Below, one piece after another: positions 7,400 through 18,237 of a DNA stretch of 64,000 nucleotides. Origin of the DNA: an uncultured Bdellovibrionales bacterium. Lineage in GTDB: Bacteria; Patescibacteriota; Minisyncoccia; Moranbacterales; UBA9337. The number at the start of each line of letters is the position of its first letter. Positions within the stretch are counted from its first letter, which is position 1. Under the pieces are notes generated by a model that saw only the letters and a program-made list of their open reading frames with translations, made no database searches and was not told where the DNA came from. Both the position numbers and the translations under genes were made by a program. Location of the stretch: contig CAZSCV010000001.1 in assembly GCA_964605525.1 (NCBI GenBank), positions 18,424 to 82,423 on the forward strand, given 5' to 3'.

Positions 7400-9394
7400 T
7401 TAAATGAATAATGAATTCAGAAAGGTGTTTATTTTTTGCAGCAAATGTTCAAGGAATTTTTTGGCGTAGTGTTCGGAAGGGATTGATTCGGAGGAAAAGA
7501 AATATTTTCCATTTTCTTGGCGAATGGAAAAATTTTGAATTTTGTCGATATTGAAATCTTCAATCGCATTTGAAAGTTTTCGGTACATCTCCGAACTAAT
7601 CTCAATTTCCACTGGTCTTTGGGTTATTTTTTCAACAAATAAACCGTCTTCATTTTCCTCTCCTGCTCCCTGCACCTCATTGTTCATTGCTCCCTGCTCG
7701 TTATTTCCCGCTTGCTGTTCATTATTCATTGTTAATTGCTCATTATTTTCCGATAATTGTTCCTTATTCATTGTTCCCTGTTCATTATCAACAATCCATT
7801 CCCATTTCTTTCCTTTTTCTTTTTGAAAAATGCTATTATCCTTAATTGATGCTTTTTCCTTATATTTTAAAGAATGGGCAATTTTTCCATCCGGATATCG
7901 CAATTCAACAAAGGCCTGCTTGTTTCCCAGGGAAAAATAACTGTCATCCCGCTTTATTTTTTTTACCTCTCCGGCTTTTATCCTGATAGAGTTGTATATC
8001 GGATGATTGACTAAGGTTTTTTCCGTCGCTCCCGTCGCCACACTCCAGCCTTTCAAATCAACAACTTTATCGGAATTATTTTTTACGCGAATCCACTCTC
8101 CCTCACTATCCAATCCTTCTGGATTGGGCATAATTTCCACAATTTTCACTTCCCGCCTGGGATATTTTTCCACTTCCACTTTGAAGTTTTTCATCACATC
8201 TTCACTTCCGTCGAAAACTTTCACGCTGGCAAGATAATTTCCTTCTTTTTCGTATTTGTGCCTGGTTTTTTCCAAATAACTTTTATGTCCATCCCCAAAA
8301 TCCCACGTTATTTTCAATTCATCTTTATCCTTATCTTTCGCCTCCACCTCAAAATCCGCGTAAATATTTTCATACACATCTTCATCAATTTTCAATTTTA
8401 TCTCCGGAAGATTGTTAAATTTATTTTCTTCTCCGGGGGTCAAAAATTTACTCTGCCGCCATTTTTTTCCATCAAAATTCCATGAAATGTTTTTCTTTGA
8501 TCCTAAATATTTCATCTTTGAAACTTCTTTTCCATTTGGATCGAAAAGATAAACAGATTCATCTCCGGAATTATTCAACGAAAATTTGAAAGATTTTTCA
8601 TCATCTTCTTTTTCTTTTTTATAAACAACAAAATAATCGCCAGCTTTTACGATTGAATCATTCGGGAAAACATATTTTCCCGTTTTTGACTCATCTTTTA
8701 ATATCCAACCAGAAAGATCCTCATTTTTCTTGGAAAAATTATACAATTCAATATATTCTGTTTTTCCTTTTTCCGGATTAGGAAAAATCTCGTTAATTTC
8801 AATCTCCGAAAAATATTTTTTTGGCTCAGATTTTTTCTCCCCCGGCGTTCCTCCAAGAGTCCAGCTTTTTTCCCATCTATTACCCTTTTCATCCCATTCA
8901 ATGCTATATCCTTTCTCACTATTTTCTGTGCTTTCATATAAAATTTCAGTCTCCCAATTTTTACAACCTTCAAAACTTATCTTTATCTCTCCATCTTTTT
9001 TTAGAGAAAAACTTGAATCTACGATTTTTCCCTCATATTTACATTTTTCCTTTCCTTTGCAAAAATTTTCTTCAAATTGTTTTTTATCACTAACTATAAC
9101 AACATATTCATTAGGATCTATTTCCAAATCATCATTGGATTTATGACAAACACCACTATTTTCAACTATTTTTAAATTTTTCTTTTCTACTATAATTTTC
9201 TTGTCAGAATTATTATAAATTTCTATCCATTCCCCTTTACTATCGCTTCCTTCCGGATCAAACATTATCTCCGTAATAATAATCCTGTCATCTTCGGCTT
9301 TTATTTCTTGCACGCATAAAAAACAAAAAGCGCTAAAAATAAAAATTAGCGCTCCTGTTTTTAAAAATACTTTTTTCTTTTTAGAAAAAATCAT
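7400..9394 (-). CDS. secreted protein with three lamin-tail (LTD) domains, a PKD-like domain and a low-complexity NEQ-repeat tail
   Basis: N-terminal signal/TM (LIFIFSAFCFLCVQEIKA). LTD signatures IIITEIMFDPEGSDSKGEWIEIYN, INEIFPNPEKGKTEYIELYN, KIVEIMPNPEGLDSEGEWIRVKN. PKD-like ITWDFGDGHKSYLEKTRHKYEKEGNY. C-terminal NNEQ(L/G)(T/A)MNNEQ repeats. Confidence 0.6.
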   Translation of the reverse strand: MIFSKKKKVFLKTGALIFIFSAFCFLCVQEIKAEDDRIIITEIMFDPEGSDSKGEWIEIYNNSDKKIIVEKKNLKIVENSGVCHKSNDDLEIDPNEYVVIVSDKKQFEENFCKGKEKCKYEGKIVDSSFSLKKDGEIKISFEGCKNWETEILYESTENSEKGYSIEWDEKGNRWEKSWTLGGTPGEKKSEPKKYFSEIEINEIFPNPEKGKTEYIELYNFSKKNEDLSGWILKDESKTGKYVFPNDSIVKAGDYFVVYKKEKEDDEKSFKFSLNNSGDESVYLFDPNGKEVSKMKYLGSKKNISWNFDGKKWRQSKFLTPGEENKFNNLPEIKLKIDEDVYENIYADFEVEAKDKDKDELKITWDFGDGHKSYLEKTRHKYEKEGNYLASVKVFDGSEDVMKNFKVEVEKYPRREVKIVEIMPNPEGLDSEGEWIRVKNNSDKVVDLKGWSVATGATEKTLVNHPIYNSIRIKAGEVKKIKRDDSYFSLGNKQAFVELRYPDGKIAHSLKYKEKASIKDNSIFQKEKGKKWEWIVDNEQGTMNKEQLSENNEQLTMNNEQQAGNNEQGAMNNEVQGAGEENEDGLFVEKITQRPVEIEISSEMYRKLSNAIEDFNIDKIQNFSIRQENGKYFFSSESIPSEHYAKKFLEHLLQKINTFLNSLFI

Positions 9395-9409
9395 CTTTTA
9401 TGGCATACT

Positions 9410-9850
9410 TCAAACAATTTTTCTTTGCGGGGAAGATATTCCCAATTGCTCCTTAACGGCAAAAACTACCTGACTTGGCTTCGTGTTTGCCTTAATAAGA
9501 TATTTTTTTGCACCTAGCGACAATGCTGCATCTCTGTCTCCATTTTGATCGAGATTGGTCAAAACTATAATCGGAATCTTGCTATATTCGGCATTAGAAT
9601 GTATCTTTTCAAGCAAATCAAATCCATCCATTTTCGGCATAATGATATCCAGAGTTATCAAATCTATAAGATCAAAATTTTCTTTTATTTTTTTCAAAAC
9701 TTCCTTTCCATCAGAACAACGTATCACCTCAAATCCATTCGCAATGAAAGCTTTGGCATACATTTCCGAGAGATCACGATCATCTTCGGCAATTAAAATT
9801 GTATTTCTTTTACCTGCCATATTTTTCACAATCCTATATTGCTTGTCCAA
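9410..9850 (-). CDS. orphan response-regulator receiver domain protein (CheY-like, no output domain)
   Basis: NTILIAEDDRDLSEMYAKAFIANGFEVIRCSDGKEVL...LITLDIIMPKMDGFDLLEKI has the D-D...D...K receiver pattern. No histidine kinase in the window. Start may be M at 9820, avoiding overlap with the upstream giant gene. Confidence 0.7.
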   Translation of the reverse strand: MDKQYRIVKNMAGKRNTILIAEDDRDLSEMYAKAFIANGFEVIRCSDGKEVLKKIKENFDLIDLITLDIIMPKMDGFDLLEKIHSNAEYSKIPIIVLTNLDQNGDRDAALSLGAKKYLIKANTKPSQVVFAVKEQLGISSPQRKIV

Positions 9851-12800
9851 CTAAAGATGTTCTGGAAATTATTAGTAATAACTTGAATGATATTCTTTTT
9901 GTCTTTCGGGGTGAGCACTCCGCGATCTTGAGTAATTGAAACATTGCCCGTTTTGTCCTCGGCTTTGACGTTAAAATAATACGCAAGACCTTGTTCTAAC
10001 GTTGTGATAACAGCGGTATGTTTTAAGGTGTAATCCTCACTAGCAACAACTTCACGCTTATTTCCACCAATTCCCTCGCGATAAATAAACATAGTTTTGG
10101 ATGGTTCATCAGTATCCCAAGACAAAATAGTCTGCACTTTTCCCGCTTGCGACAGAGCAGAAGTTGTTCGCAAGTTTTCAATTACGGGAGGGTTTTCATC
10201 CTTGTTTGTAGTATACTTATCAATTTCTTTTTCAGTAGTATTTCCTTCCTTATCGCGAACTTTTACCGATAATTTATACATCACTCCCGATTCCAAATTT
10301 CCCACCTCCAAAGAATGTTCCGTCTTTTGTTCCGGAGATCCTTGAAAATGTTGATCTTCCTCTTTTTCAACATTTGTCAAAGTGACAAAAGCATCGGCTT
10401 CAATATTGGTTTTAAATGAAACTTTAATATTATGTTCGTCAATGGAATCAACCTTAAAATCTTGCACTTCAGGAGGAGCGGGCGTGGAAAACGTATATTC
10501 GGATGAAGAATAAATATTCGAAGATGAGTCTTCTCCTTTGATGCGGAAATAATATTTCGTCCCGGCATTCAAACTGGTCAGATTTATTGCATGCGCCTTG
10601 GATCGGTCGCTATCCTTGGTGATTTCTTTGTCCATTTCTCTACTTTTTCCATATTCCAATTGCGATGTAGCATTGGCGGATGTTTCCCAGGAAACAGTAG
10701 CACTGTCATAATTCACATCAATCACTTCAACATTGAAAATATCAGAAGCTGCCGAAGTTGTGAATGTGTCCGCATCCGACTGTCCGGTATTTCCCAACGA
10801 GTCAACGCTTTTTACATAAAAAGTATATTTTGTGTTAGGCGTCAAATCATTAATTGTAATTTCATGATTAGTAGTAAGAGTGGTTGTATCTCCTTGATCC
10901 TTATAATTTCCTCCTTCCGGTTTATATACAACAACAGAAGTTGCTTCCTTGTCCGTTTTCCAAGAAACCGTAACACTATTAGACAGTGTTTTGGAAACTG
11001 TGGCACTGGCGGAAGAAATATCCGGCGCGGTATACGCCCCCGTAATAAACCCTGCCAAATCCGTATCTTCCGTCGCTGCTCCCAATGTTTTAAAAGTGTA
11101 ATCTCCCGATTCATCTGAATTAGCGGAAGCGTCTTTGGAAATAACTTGATAATGATATGTCGTTCCGGAATCCAAATCTTCCAATAATACATTATGATTA
11201 GTAATCATATCAGTATTTTCAGATGTGGTACTGGAATAGTTCTCGGTTTTTCCATATCTCACCTTTGAAGTTGACACTTCGTTTGTCGTCCAATTGATCA
11301 GTGCTTGGTTTTTTCCGATCAATACTGCCTGAACATTGGAAATGTCCGGCACTTGACTGTCAACTCCCTCGCCCAAAGTTGAACATTCTTCAATATCCGA
11401 CGCACTCACTCCACCCTCGACATTTTCGGAAAGAACCTGATAATAATATTTCACCTGCGGCAATAAGCTTCCAATAGTAACACTGTGCTCTTCTTTTTTC
11501 TCATCCTCTCCTTTTTTGAAATAATCCGCCAAATCATCATCCTCGGAATAAATCACAAAAGCATCTGCATCTTCATTCGTGTCCCATGAAATTGTCAACT
11601 GATTGTTCCCGGAAGTACAATCGGGACCCGAGGAGATATCTGGACCGGATACCGTTTCAAAAGTGTAGTAAGCGCCTCCGTTGTCATACAAGTTGTAATT
11701 TCCGTTTTCATCTTGCAATTTTATTTTGAAATAATAAGTTCTTCCTTGACTCAAATTTTTCAAATTTATCGAATGGGTGGTCGTAAAAGATTTACTGGAA
11801 GACTTTTCTTCATAGTCATCGGAAGAAAAATCTTCCACACTGTCAGAATAATAAATCGAAACAATTGAATCACTATCTGAAACCACGGAAATTTCAGCAT
11901 TATCAGAAGAAGTATCCGAAACAGAATATGTGCTTAATCCTGGAGCAGATGAATCTATCAGTGATTCTGTTGTAAATTTTATCATTGAACTGTCCGCAGT
12001 GTAAAAATATATATCGTTATTAGCAGAATCAACTAATTTAATTCGGTAATAATAAACTTGATTAGATTGCAGATTTTCCAAATAAAATACATGAGTAATT
12101 GAAGCGGTGTCGTTATCCACATAATTATCACAAGTATCCACGTCGCTGATTTGATTTGCTTCATAGCAAAGTCTGGCGGTCGTCTGAGTATTTCCGGAGA
12201 AATAAATCACCGCCTCGGTTTCGCCGGTAATCAAAACGTTAGCACTGGTCGGATCATCAGGAGCAATCAAGTCCGGATGATCTTCTTGCTTTGCCAAAGT
12301 GGAAAAATTGAATTCGTCCGATTCGCTTTGATTTCCATTGATATCCCTAGCTTGAATTTTGTAAGTATATACGGTATTCCTGGAAAGATTATCCAAAACC
12401 ACCGCTCGCTCCATTGTATATGTTTGGCTCCAGCTCGGATCATTATATGAATCACTGGATTTTTTGTACAGGACCCGACTTACCGCTTTCTCGTCAGTTA
12501 TCCATTTAATCACCCCCTTAGTGTCGGTTTTTATTATCGGAGCGCCAAAAACTGCATCGTTCGGAATAATCGTTGGAGCTGCCTGATCATTGTCAGTTCG
12601 AAAATTAAAATAGTGAATTACTCCACGCTCGGGATTTTTGTCCGTGTCATTATCTGCTTCGACATAAAAATAATATTTAGTATTAACAGAAAGTCCGACA
12701 ATATCCGCTTGGCAAATTAAAGTATCGCCGTCGCATTCCGCCGACTGATTGTCCGACGAAGAGAAATCCGGAACATCGCCACTTGTTTGATTAGTATAAT

Positions 12801-15800
12801 AAACTTTTGCCACAGTCGGATTTTCACTCACTGCCCATCTGACAACTGCCTGAGTGTTATATATCTCCGGAATTGTCACGCTACTAATTTGAGCGCCAGA
12901 ACTGGTCAATTCGGTCACGTCATCCGTATCACTATTACCATTAAGATTAGATGATTTGGCGCGAAAATTATATTCAGTGCCGACATCCAATCCGGTGATT
13001 ACTACTTCATGCTCTTCTCCCATTGTCGCCACCGTCACTGATGAACTAGTGCCCTCATTGATAGCGTTAGTGGAATAATATACCTTTGAATCCGAAACTA
13101 CACTACTAGTATTCCAAGTCAATTTCATCCAAGTCGTTCCTTTGTCCGCCACCACCAAGTTTGTGATGCTGGGAGTGGAGGTGATTCCCGAACCTCCTGA
13201 TCCGTCGGGAATAGTGGAATCAATTGAACTGTAGGTTGAAACATTGGCAATATCGTCTTCGCAAGTCAAGCGATAATAATATCGATGATTTTCATCAACG
13301 GCTGTATCCACATAGTAGTTAATCAGATTGTCGATATTTTCATCATAAACTACCTCCGTCCAATCAGAAACCACTCCGGAATCATTAGTCGTACTAACTG
13401 TGCTTCCGCGATACAAATGATACTGAGCAAAGTCATTATTTAAATCGGTATTGACTTCCCAAGAAACAAAAATTCTGTTTTCAATCGGAGTAATATTGTC
13501 ATTGCTGGCATCTTGCGCTTTCACTCCACTCGGAACACCCGGAGAATCAGTGTCATATACAATTGCATCCGAAGATGTAATTGAAATATTTCCATTGGCA
13601 TCACGAAATTGCGCGTAAACAGTTTTACTTCCATCGCCAGCGGTTCCTCCATAAGTTGCATCGAGAATATTCCACTGGGTTTTTGAAACGGCATAGTCTT
13701 CCCAGCTTTTCCAGTCGCTGCCGTTATTTGAAAATCTCATTTGATATCCACTTTGATTATCCTCGGTTGTACTGATAATCAAATCTTCGGTATCGTCATT
13801 GGTTTTGTTCGCGTTTGCCGTTGATGAATCAACCGAGAAAGAATTAACTGTCGGATTTTTCGTGTCAATAGGAAATCCCGCCACATTCGATTCGCCGGTT
13901 CCGACTTGATTGGCGGCATTTCCGTCGTTTGCTGAAATCATTATTCTGGCGGATTCATAATACACATTTGGCAAATCGGTTTTAATTGTCCATGAAACAG
14001 TTTTTCCGCTTCCATTGTCAATTCCCGCGCCGACATCTCCAGTAACAGAAACGCCCTTAAACCAAATAGCTTCTCCGCTAAGATGATTTACTGTACGAGT
14101 ACTGTTGGCACCTCGAGTAATACCAATCAAATCATTGCCAGACTTTCCGGTATATTCGATCTGCTCTTTTTCAATTTGAATCGTTCCGCTACTTGGTAAA
14201 CTTGCCGTATTGGAAACAGTAATTGCCGTCGAATCACTCGCGATAAAATCTTCCTCAAGAGTTGCTCCCAAATCCGCCAAAACAGAAATAGTTTGCGCAG
14301 ATGTGTCTGAATCTGCAACATCATAGGAAACGTTCACGATTCCGGAGGCGTCCTGAGAGGCAATCACCGATCCAACAAGAGGAGCAACATTAACCACATA
14401 TTGCAATTCCGCGCGCGTAACTGTTGCCGATTGACCTCCATTATCAGTTTCTAGAATTATTTTGTATTGCATCCATTGATCATCCGTTCCGTCCCCAATA
14501 TTTATTTCAGCGGGAATAAAACAATCAACTGTTCTGGTTCCCGCATTAACAGTTGACGAACAATTTACCGCATCACTACTTGAAAAATAACTCGATCCCG
14601 TTCCATCCGGTCCAACAAACCCAGTAACAGATCCGGTTTCCGGCGCATCATTTCCAGCATTGGTTGGAGCTGTTTGCGCTTGAAATTTCACGTCAGTCCC
14701 AGATGGAAGATTCTCTTCTTCTTCCCAGATAATATTAGTGAAAGCATTTGTTTCGTCAGAAGCATTATACCAAGAACCCACAAGTGATTGTGTTACGAGT
14801 AATCCGGAAAAATTGCTAATTCTTTCAAATTGAACGGATATATCATTTAATGTCGGGGTTTGGGTTTGATCGGTTGAAGATGTAAGTGTTGCCTGATATT
14901 GAACATATCGCTGCCCATCCGTCACGCAACTGTTTGCAGAAATATCCGCTCCGCTAGAAACCGCTTCGCAACTTGCCCAATCAGTTGCGCCACTCATATC
15001 CAAGTTATCGGAAGTCCTCGCTTTCACGGAAACGGATGAACCGACTGGCGTTGTGTTGGCGTTATATGCCAAATTTCCAAAAGAAATATTTCCTAAGGTG
15101 TCATAAATTGAAGAAGTGTAATTTCCTGTCGTTTGATAATTACTTACATCCACATCGACATTTATTTGGTCCAGCGTCGGGGTTGCGGTTCCCGGACCGG
15201 TAAGTGTCGCCTGGTACCAAAGATACTGGTCGCTTGAACTGGCGCAAGTGGAATTCAAAGCGATAGGAGAAGTGCTTCCATCGCAAGTGTCCGCCGCGAA
15301 ACTCGGCGGAGTGACGGCGCTACTTCCCGATTTGACCTTCACGGTAATATCCCCGCCATTTGATGTTTCGTTCCAAGCGAACGAATTCCACGTCCTGCCA
15401 CCGGTATTTCCGGAAGAAACATACGAAGTATAAGTTCCAGAAAGGTTATAAGAAACATCCGAACATATACAAAGAATCGGCTGAGAAAAAGTACATCCTC
15501 TACTAGACCGCTGTATCCAATCGCTAGTCTGATATCCTATATATCCAGACATACCATTAGATGTCGGGCAATGATAAGTAAGATTATATGACCCACCGTA
15601 ATTTGAATTTGACCACCAATATCCAGAAAAATAATCCAATCCAGTGTTAATATATGACGGAATAGTGCCATCGAGCATATCCGCCCAAGTATTTGTAAAA
15701 AGAGTAGAAGTACCACTAGACTTACTATATTTATAAATAGGACTATTGCTATCAAATCGACCCGTGACTCCATCGGAATCAACATCGATCGTCTGCATAT

Positions 15801-16653
15801 CCTGTATTTCATCGTTTACATCAGTGCTTATAAACCCTTTAACGGATCCGGTATCGCAATTTGGCCTGTTAACACTAGAAGAACACATAGAATCAACGGA
15901 ACTTCGAAGAATATTAGTTCCCAGCATACTGCCTCCTAAATACAAAGTTGATTTTCCGGCAGCAGTTGATAATTTAATACCCGCACCATTACCTACTACT
16001 CCATTTTGCCTCGTATTGGAAAAAGTTCCATACCCCCATCCCCCCTGCTGTCCACTACTGGAAACGGTTGATGTGTCATCGGTTTGCGTGACAGAATAAT
16101 TCGTTACAAATGTATCCAATTGAACAAATCCTTCTGCTCCGCTTCCGCTCATCGCTGTCTGACTAACCGTTCCTGCGTTAAAATCCGTATCCGTCGTCTG
16201 CGTCCAGGATACCGCCTCTGAAGATAAAGTTACTCCATCGCCATCAGCAGTAATATCTTCATCCTTGGAAGCATATTTATCCCAATTGGAAACCGGGGTT
16301 GTTTGATGCGCGACATAATCATTCGGAAAGGCTCCGCCCGTCCAACTGCTCTGCTGCCAATTAAAAGTTGCCGCCTGCGATTTGAACACCGGCAAAATCA
16401 GTTGAATAATTAAAGTAGAAATCACAATAACCGAAATAGCCGAAGACAGGCTTAGTGTCACCCGGCGCACTTTTTTCTGGTATTTTTTTAGTGCAATATA
16501 TGAATCGAAATAAATATCGCACCTCACCTCCCCATCCGGATTCTGATGGCACTGCTGAATGCGAAAGTGGTTATCTTTGGCGCTACGAAAAATCAAATGA
16601 AAATAATCTTTGATTTTTATTTTAATTTTTTCTGTTTTTTGTTTTGAATCCAT
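9826..16653 (-). CDS. giant cell-surface protein with many fibronectin type III-like repeats (2275 aa)
   Basis: Single uninterrupted ORF. N-terminal anchor (VTLSLSSAISVIVISTLIIQLILPVF). Ser/Thr-rich central part. At least 10 FN3-like modules ending in Y-x-[FY]-x-[VI]-x-[AS]-x-D-x-x-G-N (YNFRAKSSNLNGN, YKIQARDINGN, YYYRIKLVDSANN, YYFKIKLQDENGN, YHYQVISKDASAN, YTFYVKSVDSLGN, YYFRIKGEDSSSN, YKLSVKVRDKEGN, YYFNVKAEDKTGN). Confidence 0.7.
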   Translation of the reverse strand: MDSKQKTEKIKIKIKDYFHLIFRSAKDNHFRIQQCHQNPDGEVRCDIYFDSYIALKKYQKKVRRVTLSLSSAISVIVISTLIIQLILPVFKSQAATFNWQQSSWTGGAFPNDYVAHQTTPVSNWDKYASKDEDITADGDGVTLSSEAVSWTQTTDTDFNAGTVSQTAMSGSGAEGFVQLDTFVTNYSVTQTDDTSTVSSSGQQGGWGYGTFSNTRQNGVVGNGAGIKLSTAAGKSTLYLGGSMLGTNILRSSVDSMCSSSVNRPNCDTGSVKGFISTDVNDEIQDMQTIDVDSDGVTGRFDSNSPIYKYSKSSGTSTLFTNTWADMLDGTIPSYINTGLDYFSGYWWSNSNYGGSYNLTYHCPTSNGMSGYIGYQTSDWIQRSSRGCTFSQPILCICSDVSYNLSGTYTSYVSSGNTGGRTWNSFAWNETSNGGDITVKVKSGSSAVTPPSFAADTCDGSTSPIALNSTCASSSDQYLWYQATLTGPGTATPTLDQINVDVDVSNYQTTGNYTSSIYDTLGNISFGNLAYNANTTPVGSSVSVKARTSDNLDMSGATDWASCEAVSSGADISANSCVTDGQRYVQYQATLTSSTDQTQTPTLNDISVQFERISNFSGLLVTQSLVGSWYNASDETNAFTNIIWEEEENLPSGTDVKFQAQTAPTNAGNDAPETGSVTGFVGPDGTGSSYFSSSDAVNCSSTVNAGTRTVDCFIPAEINIGDGTDDQWMQYKIILETDNGGQSATVTRAELQYVVNVAPLVGSVIASQDASGIVNVSYDVADSDTSAQTISVLADLGATLEEDFIASDSTAITVSNTASLPSSGTIQIEKEQIEYTGKSGNDLIGITRGANSTRTVNHLSGEAIWFKGVSVTGDVGAGIDNGSGKTVSWTIKTDLPNVYYESARIMISANDGNAANQVGTGESNVAGFPIDTKNPTVNSFSVDSSTANANKTNDDTEDLIISTTEDNQSGYQMRFSNNGSDWKSWEDYAVSKTQWNILDATYGGTAGDGSKTVYAQFRDANGNISITSSDAIVYDTDSPGVPSGVKAQDASNDNITPIENRIFVSWEVNTDLNNDFAQYHLYRGSTVSTTNDSGVVSDWTEVVYDENIDNLINYYVDTAVDENHRYYYRLTCEDDIANVSTYSSIDSTIPDGSGGSGITSTPSITNLVVADKGTTWMKLTWNTSSVVSDSKVYYSTNAINEGTSSSVTVATMGEEHEVVITGLDVGTEYNFRAKSSNLNGNSDTDDVTELTSSGAQISSVTIPEIYNTQAVVRWAVSENPTVAKVYYTNQTSGDVPDFSSSDNQSAECDGDTLICQADIVGLSVNTKYYFYVEADNDTDKNPERGVIHYFNFRTDNDQAAPTIIPNDAVFGAPIIKTDTKGVIKWITDEKAVSRVLYKKSSDSYNDPSWSQTYTMERAVVLDNLSRNTVYTYKIQARDINGNQSESDEFNFSTLAKQEDHPDLIAPDDPTSANVLITGETEAVIYFSGNTQTTARLCYEANQISDVDTCDNYVDNDTASITHVFYLENLQSNQVYYYRIKLVDSANNDIYFYTADSSMIKFTTESLIDSSAPGLSTYSVSDTSSDNAEISVVSDSDSIVSIYYSDSVEDFSSDDYEEKSSSKSFTTTHSINLKNLSQGRTYYFKIKLQDENGNYNLYDNGGAYYTFETVSGPDISSGPDCTSGNNQLTISWDTNEDADAFVIYSEDDDLADYFKKGEDEKKEEHSVTIGSLLPQVKYYYQVLSENVEGGVSASDIEECSTLGEGVDSQVPDISNVQAVLIGKNQALINWTTNEVSTSKVRYGKTENYSSTTSENTDMITNHNVLLEDLDSGTTYHYQVISKDASANSDESGDYTFKTLGAATEDTDLAGFITGAYTAPDISSASATVSKTLSNSVTVSWKTDKEATSVVVYKPEGGNYKDQGDTTTLTTNHEITINDLTPNTKYTFYVKSVDSLGNTGQSDADTFTTSAASDIFNVEVIDVNYDSATVSWETSANATSQLEYGKSREMDKEITKDSDRSKAHAINLTSLNAGTKYYFRIKGEDSSSNIYSSSEYTFSTPAPPEVQDFKVDSIDEHNIKVSFKTNIEADAFVTLTNVEKEEDQHFQGSPEQKTEHSLEVGNLESGVMYKLSVKVRDKEGNTTEKEIDKYTTNKDENPPVIENLRTTSALSQAGKVQTILSWDTDEPSKTMFIYREGIGGNKREVVASEDYTLKHTAVITTLEQGLAYYFNVKAEDKTGNVSITQDRGVLTPKDKKNIIQVITNNFQNIFSWTSNIGL

Positions 16654-16708
16654 TTTTTAAAAAATGTTTACTTTAAAAATATAGCATACATTTTAAAAAA
16701 ATAAAATT

Positions 16709-16999
16709 TCAACTTCTGACAACGAGCTCAATGACTTCTTTTTTTCCTATTTCTTTGTTTATTTTTCCGATAATTTTTTCCCGGTCCAACATAATTTCAC
16801 TCGCCCAAGCGGAACTGTGCGTTTTAATAAACAGTTTTCCTTTTTTGAAATAATCCGGTCTAACCCTAACAATTCCGGTTTGTCCGTATTCATTTTTAAT
16901 AATTCTGTCAAAAATATAAAAAATTGTCTTGTCGTCCAAGGCAATTTCCTTAACTATCTTTTTGTTTCTTTTTTTAATAAGACTATTTAGAGCTTTCAT
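16709..16999 (-). CDS. DUF721 / DciA-like protein
   Basis: 96-aa basic protein immediately downstream of dnaN on the same strand, the canonical position of DciA/DUF721. KTHSSAWASEIMLDREKIIGKIN resembles the DUF721 C-terminal region. Confidence 0.5.
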   Translation of the reverse strand: MKALNSLIKKRNKKIVKEIALDDKTIFYIFDRIIKNEYGQTGIVRVRPDYFKKGKLFIKTHSSAWASEIMLDREKIIGKINKEIGKKEVIELVVRS

Positions 17000-17016
17000 T
17001 TCGATTATTTTTTACT

Positions 17017-18162
17017 CTAATTTTTTACCGGCATCACAATATACACATATCCATCTTCAACTGTTCCATCTTTTTCGCTTATTGATCTGATTCCTACGGG
17101 AGAATGATTATTATTAGCCAAAATAGCCACCTGGGTGGAGTGAATCGTACCCAATCCATCCAAAACATAACGCGGATTCAAAACTATTTCCTGATCCGGA
17201 CCGACAACATCAGCCTCAAAAACAGCCTCATTCTCACCATAACTTTGAGAATGGGAACTGACGGACAATTTTTTTTCACTTATTGCAAGTTTCATTTCAC
17301 CACTGCGATTATCCGTAAAAATACTTGCTATTTTGGTTGCCCGTAAAAAATCATTTTTTGCCATCACCACTCTTGTCTCAAATTTTTGGGGAAGAATTTG
17401 CCTATAATCCGGATATTTTCCGTTAATTAATCGCGAAACCAACTGGATTCCGTCCAATTCAAAAAATATTTGATTGTCTTCTACAAAAATTTTGACATTC
17501 TTATCCTCGTTTCCAATAATCCGCAACAATTCAAACATTGTACCGGATGGAATTATTATGGAAGTTTCTTTTTCAATATAATTATTGTACTCCTCTCCAT
17601 AATTTCCTTCTTTCAAAACTATCGTCGCTTCTGCCAATCTGAAACTATCCGTAGCTGCCAAAGAGATGCGATCCTTTTCCAAAAACATATTAATTCCCGT
17701 AAACTCAAGCCTGGTCTCGCCAAAAGCGATGCAAGATGAAACCTGGGAAACCGCCTCCTTTATTTCTATTGAATTCAAAATTAACAAACAATCACTTTTC
17801 GGCTCAGGAATGATTGGAAATTCATTTGAGTCAAATCCATTTATTTTTACCTGGTATTGACCGCAAGATACAATTAAAATTTGCCCGGAAACCTCAAGAT
17901 TAATACTTTCTTGAGCAGAAAGATTGGAAGCAAAATTGCTTAATATCTTGGCAGGAACAGTAATTTTTCCCTCTCGCTCAATCTTAGCTCCAATGCTTGA
18001 AAATACACCAATTTCAAGATTAGTAGCCAAAAAACGCAACCGCCCTTTGCTAGTTTCAATTAAAATATTATTCAAGATCGGCAAAGTAGCTTGTTTTCCG
18101 GTAACCTTTTCCGTATTAAAAACAGCTTTTTTAAAATTTTCCTGCGTACAAGTAACTTTCAT
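17017..18162 (-). CDS. dnaN: DNA polymerase III beta sliding clamp
   Basis: 381 aa. N-terminus MKVTCTQENFKKAVFNTEKVTGKQATLPILNNILIETSKGRLRFLATNLEIGV is typical DnaN. Located directly after dnaA. Confidence 0.85.
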   Translation of the reverse strand: MKVTCTQENFKKAVFNTEKVTGKQATLPILNNILIETSKGRLRFLATNLEIGVFSSIGAKIEREGKITVPAKILSNFASNLSAQESINLEVSGQILIVSCGQYQVKINGFDSNEFPIIPEPKSDCLLILNSIEIKEAVSQVSSCIAFGETRLEFTGINMFLEKDRISLAATDSFRLAEATIVLKEGNYGEEYNNYIEKETSIIIPSGTMFELLRIIGNEDKNVKIFVEDNQIFFELDGIQLVSRLINGKYPDYRQILPQKFETRVVMAKNDFLRATKIASIFTDNRSGEMKLAISEKKLSVSSHSQSYGENEAVFEADVVGPDQEIVLNPRYVLDGLGTIHSTQVAILANNNHSPVGIRSISEKDGTVEDGYVYIVMPVKN

Positions 18163-18237
18163 TCTGTTCGTAAATCATGAAACGCATTTTTTTCCGGCAA
18201 ACACAACGGGATATTATGCGTGTCAAGATATGTGTAA

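Noticed and set aside
8007-9146. Plus-strand ORFs antisense to the LTD/PKD gene (8007-8237, 8258-8485, 8730-9146) and many antisense ORFs inside the 6.8-kb giant gene (for example 10591-11118, 15746-16099)
   Set aside because: Low-complexity Ser/Phe/Leu-rich translations typical of the antisense strand of AT-rich genes. The sense-strand ORFs are long, uninterrupted and domain-bearing.
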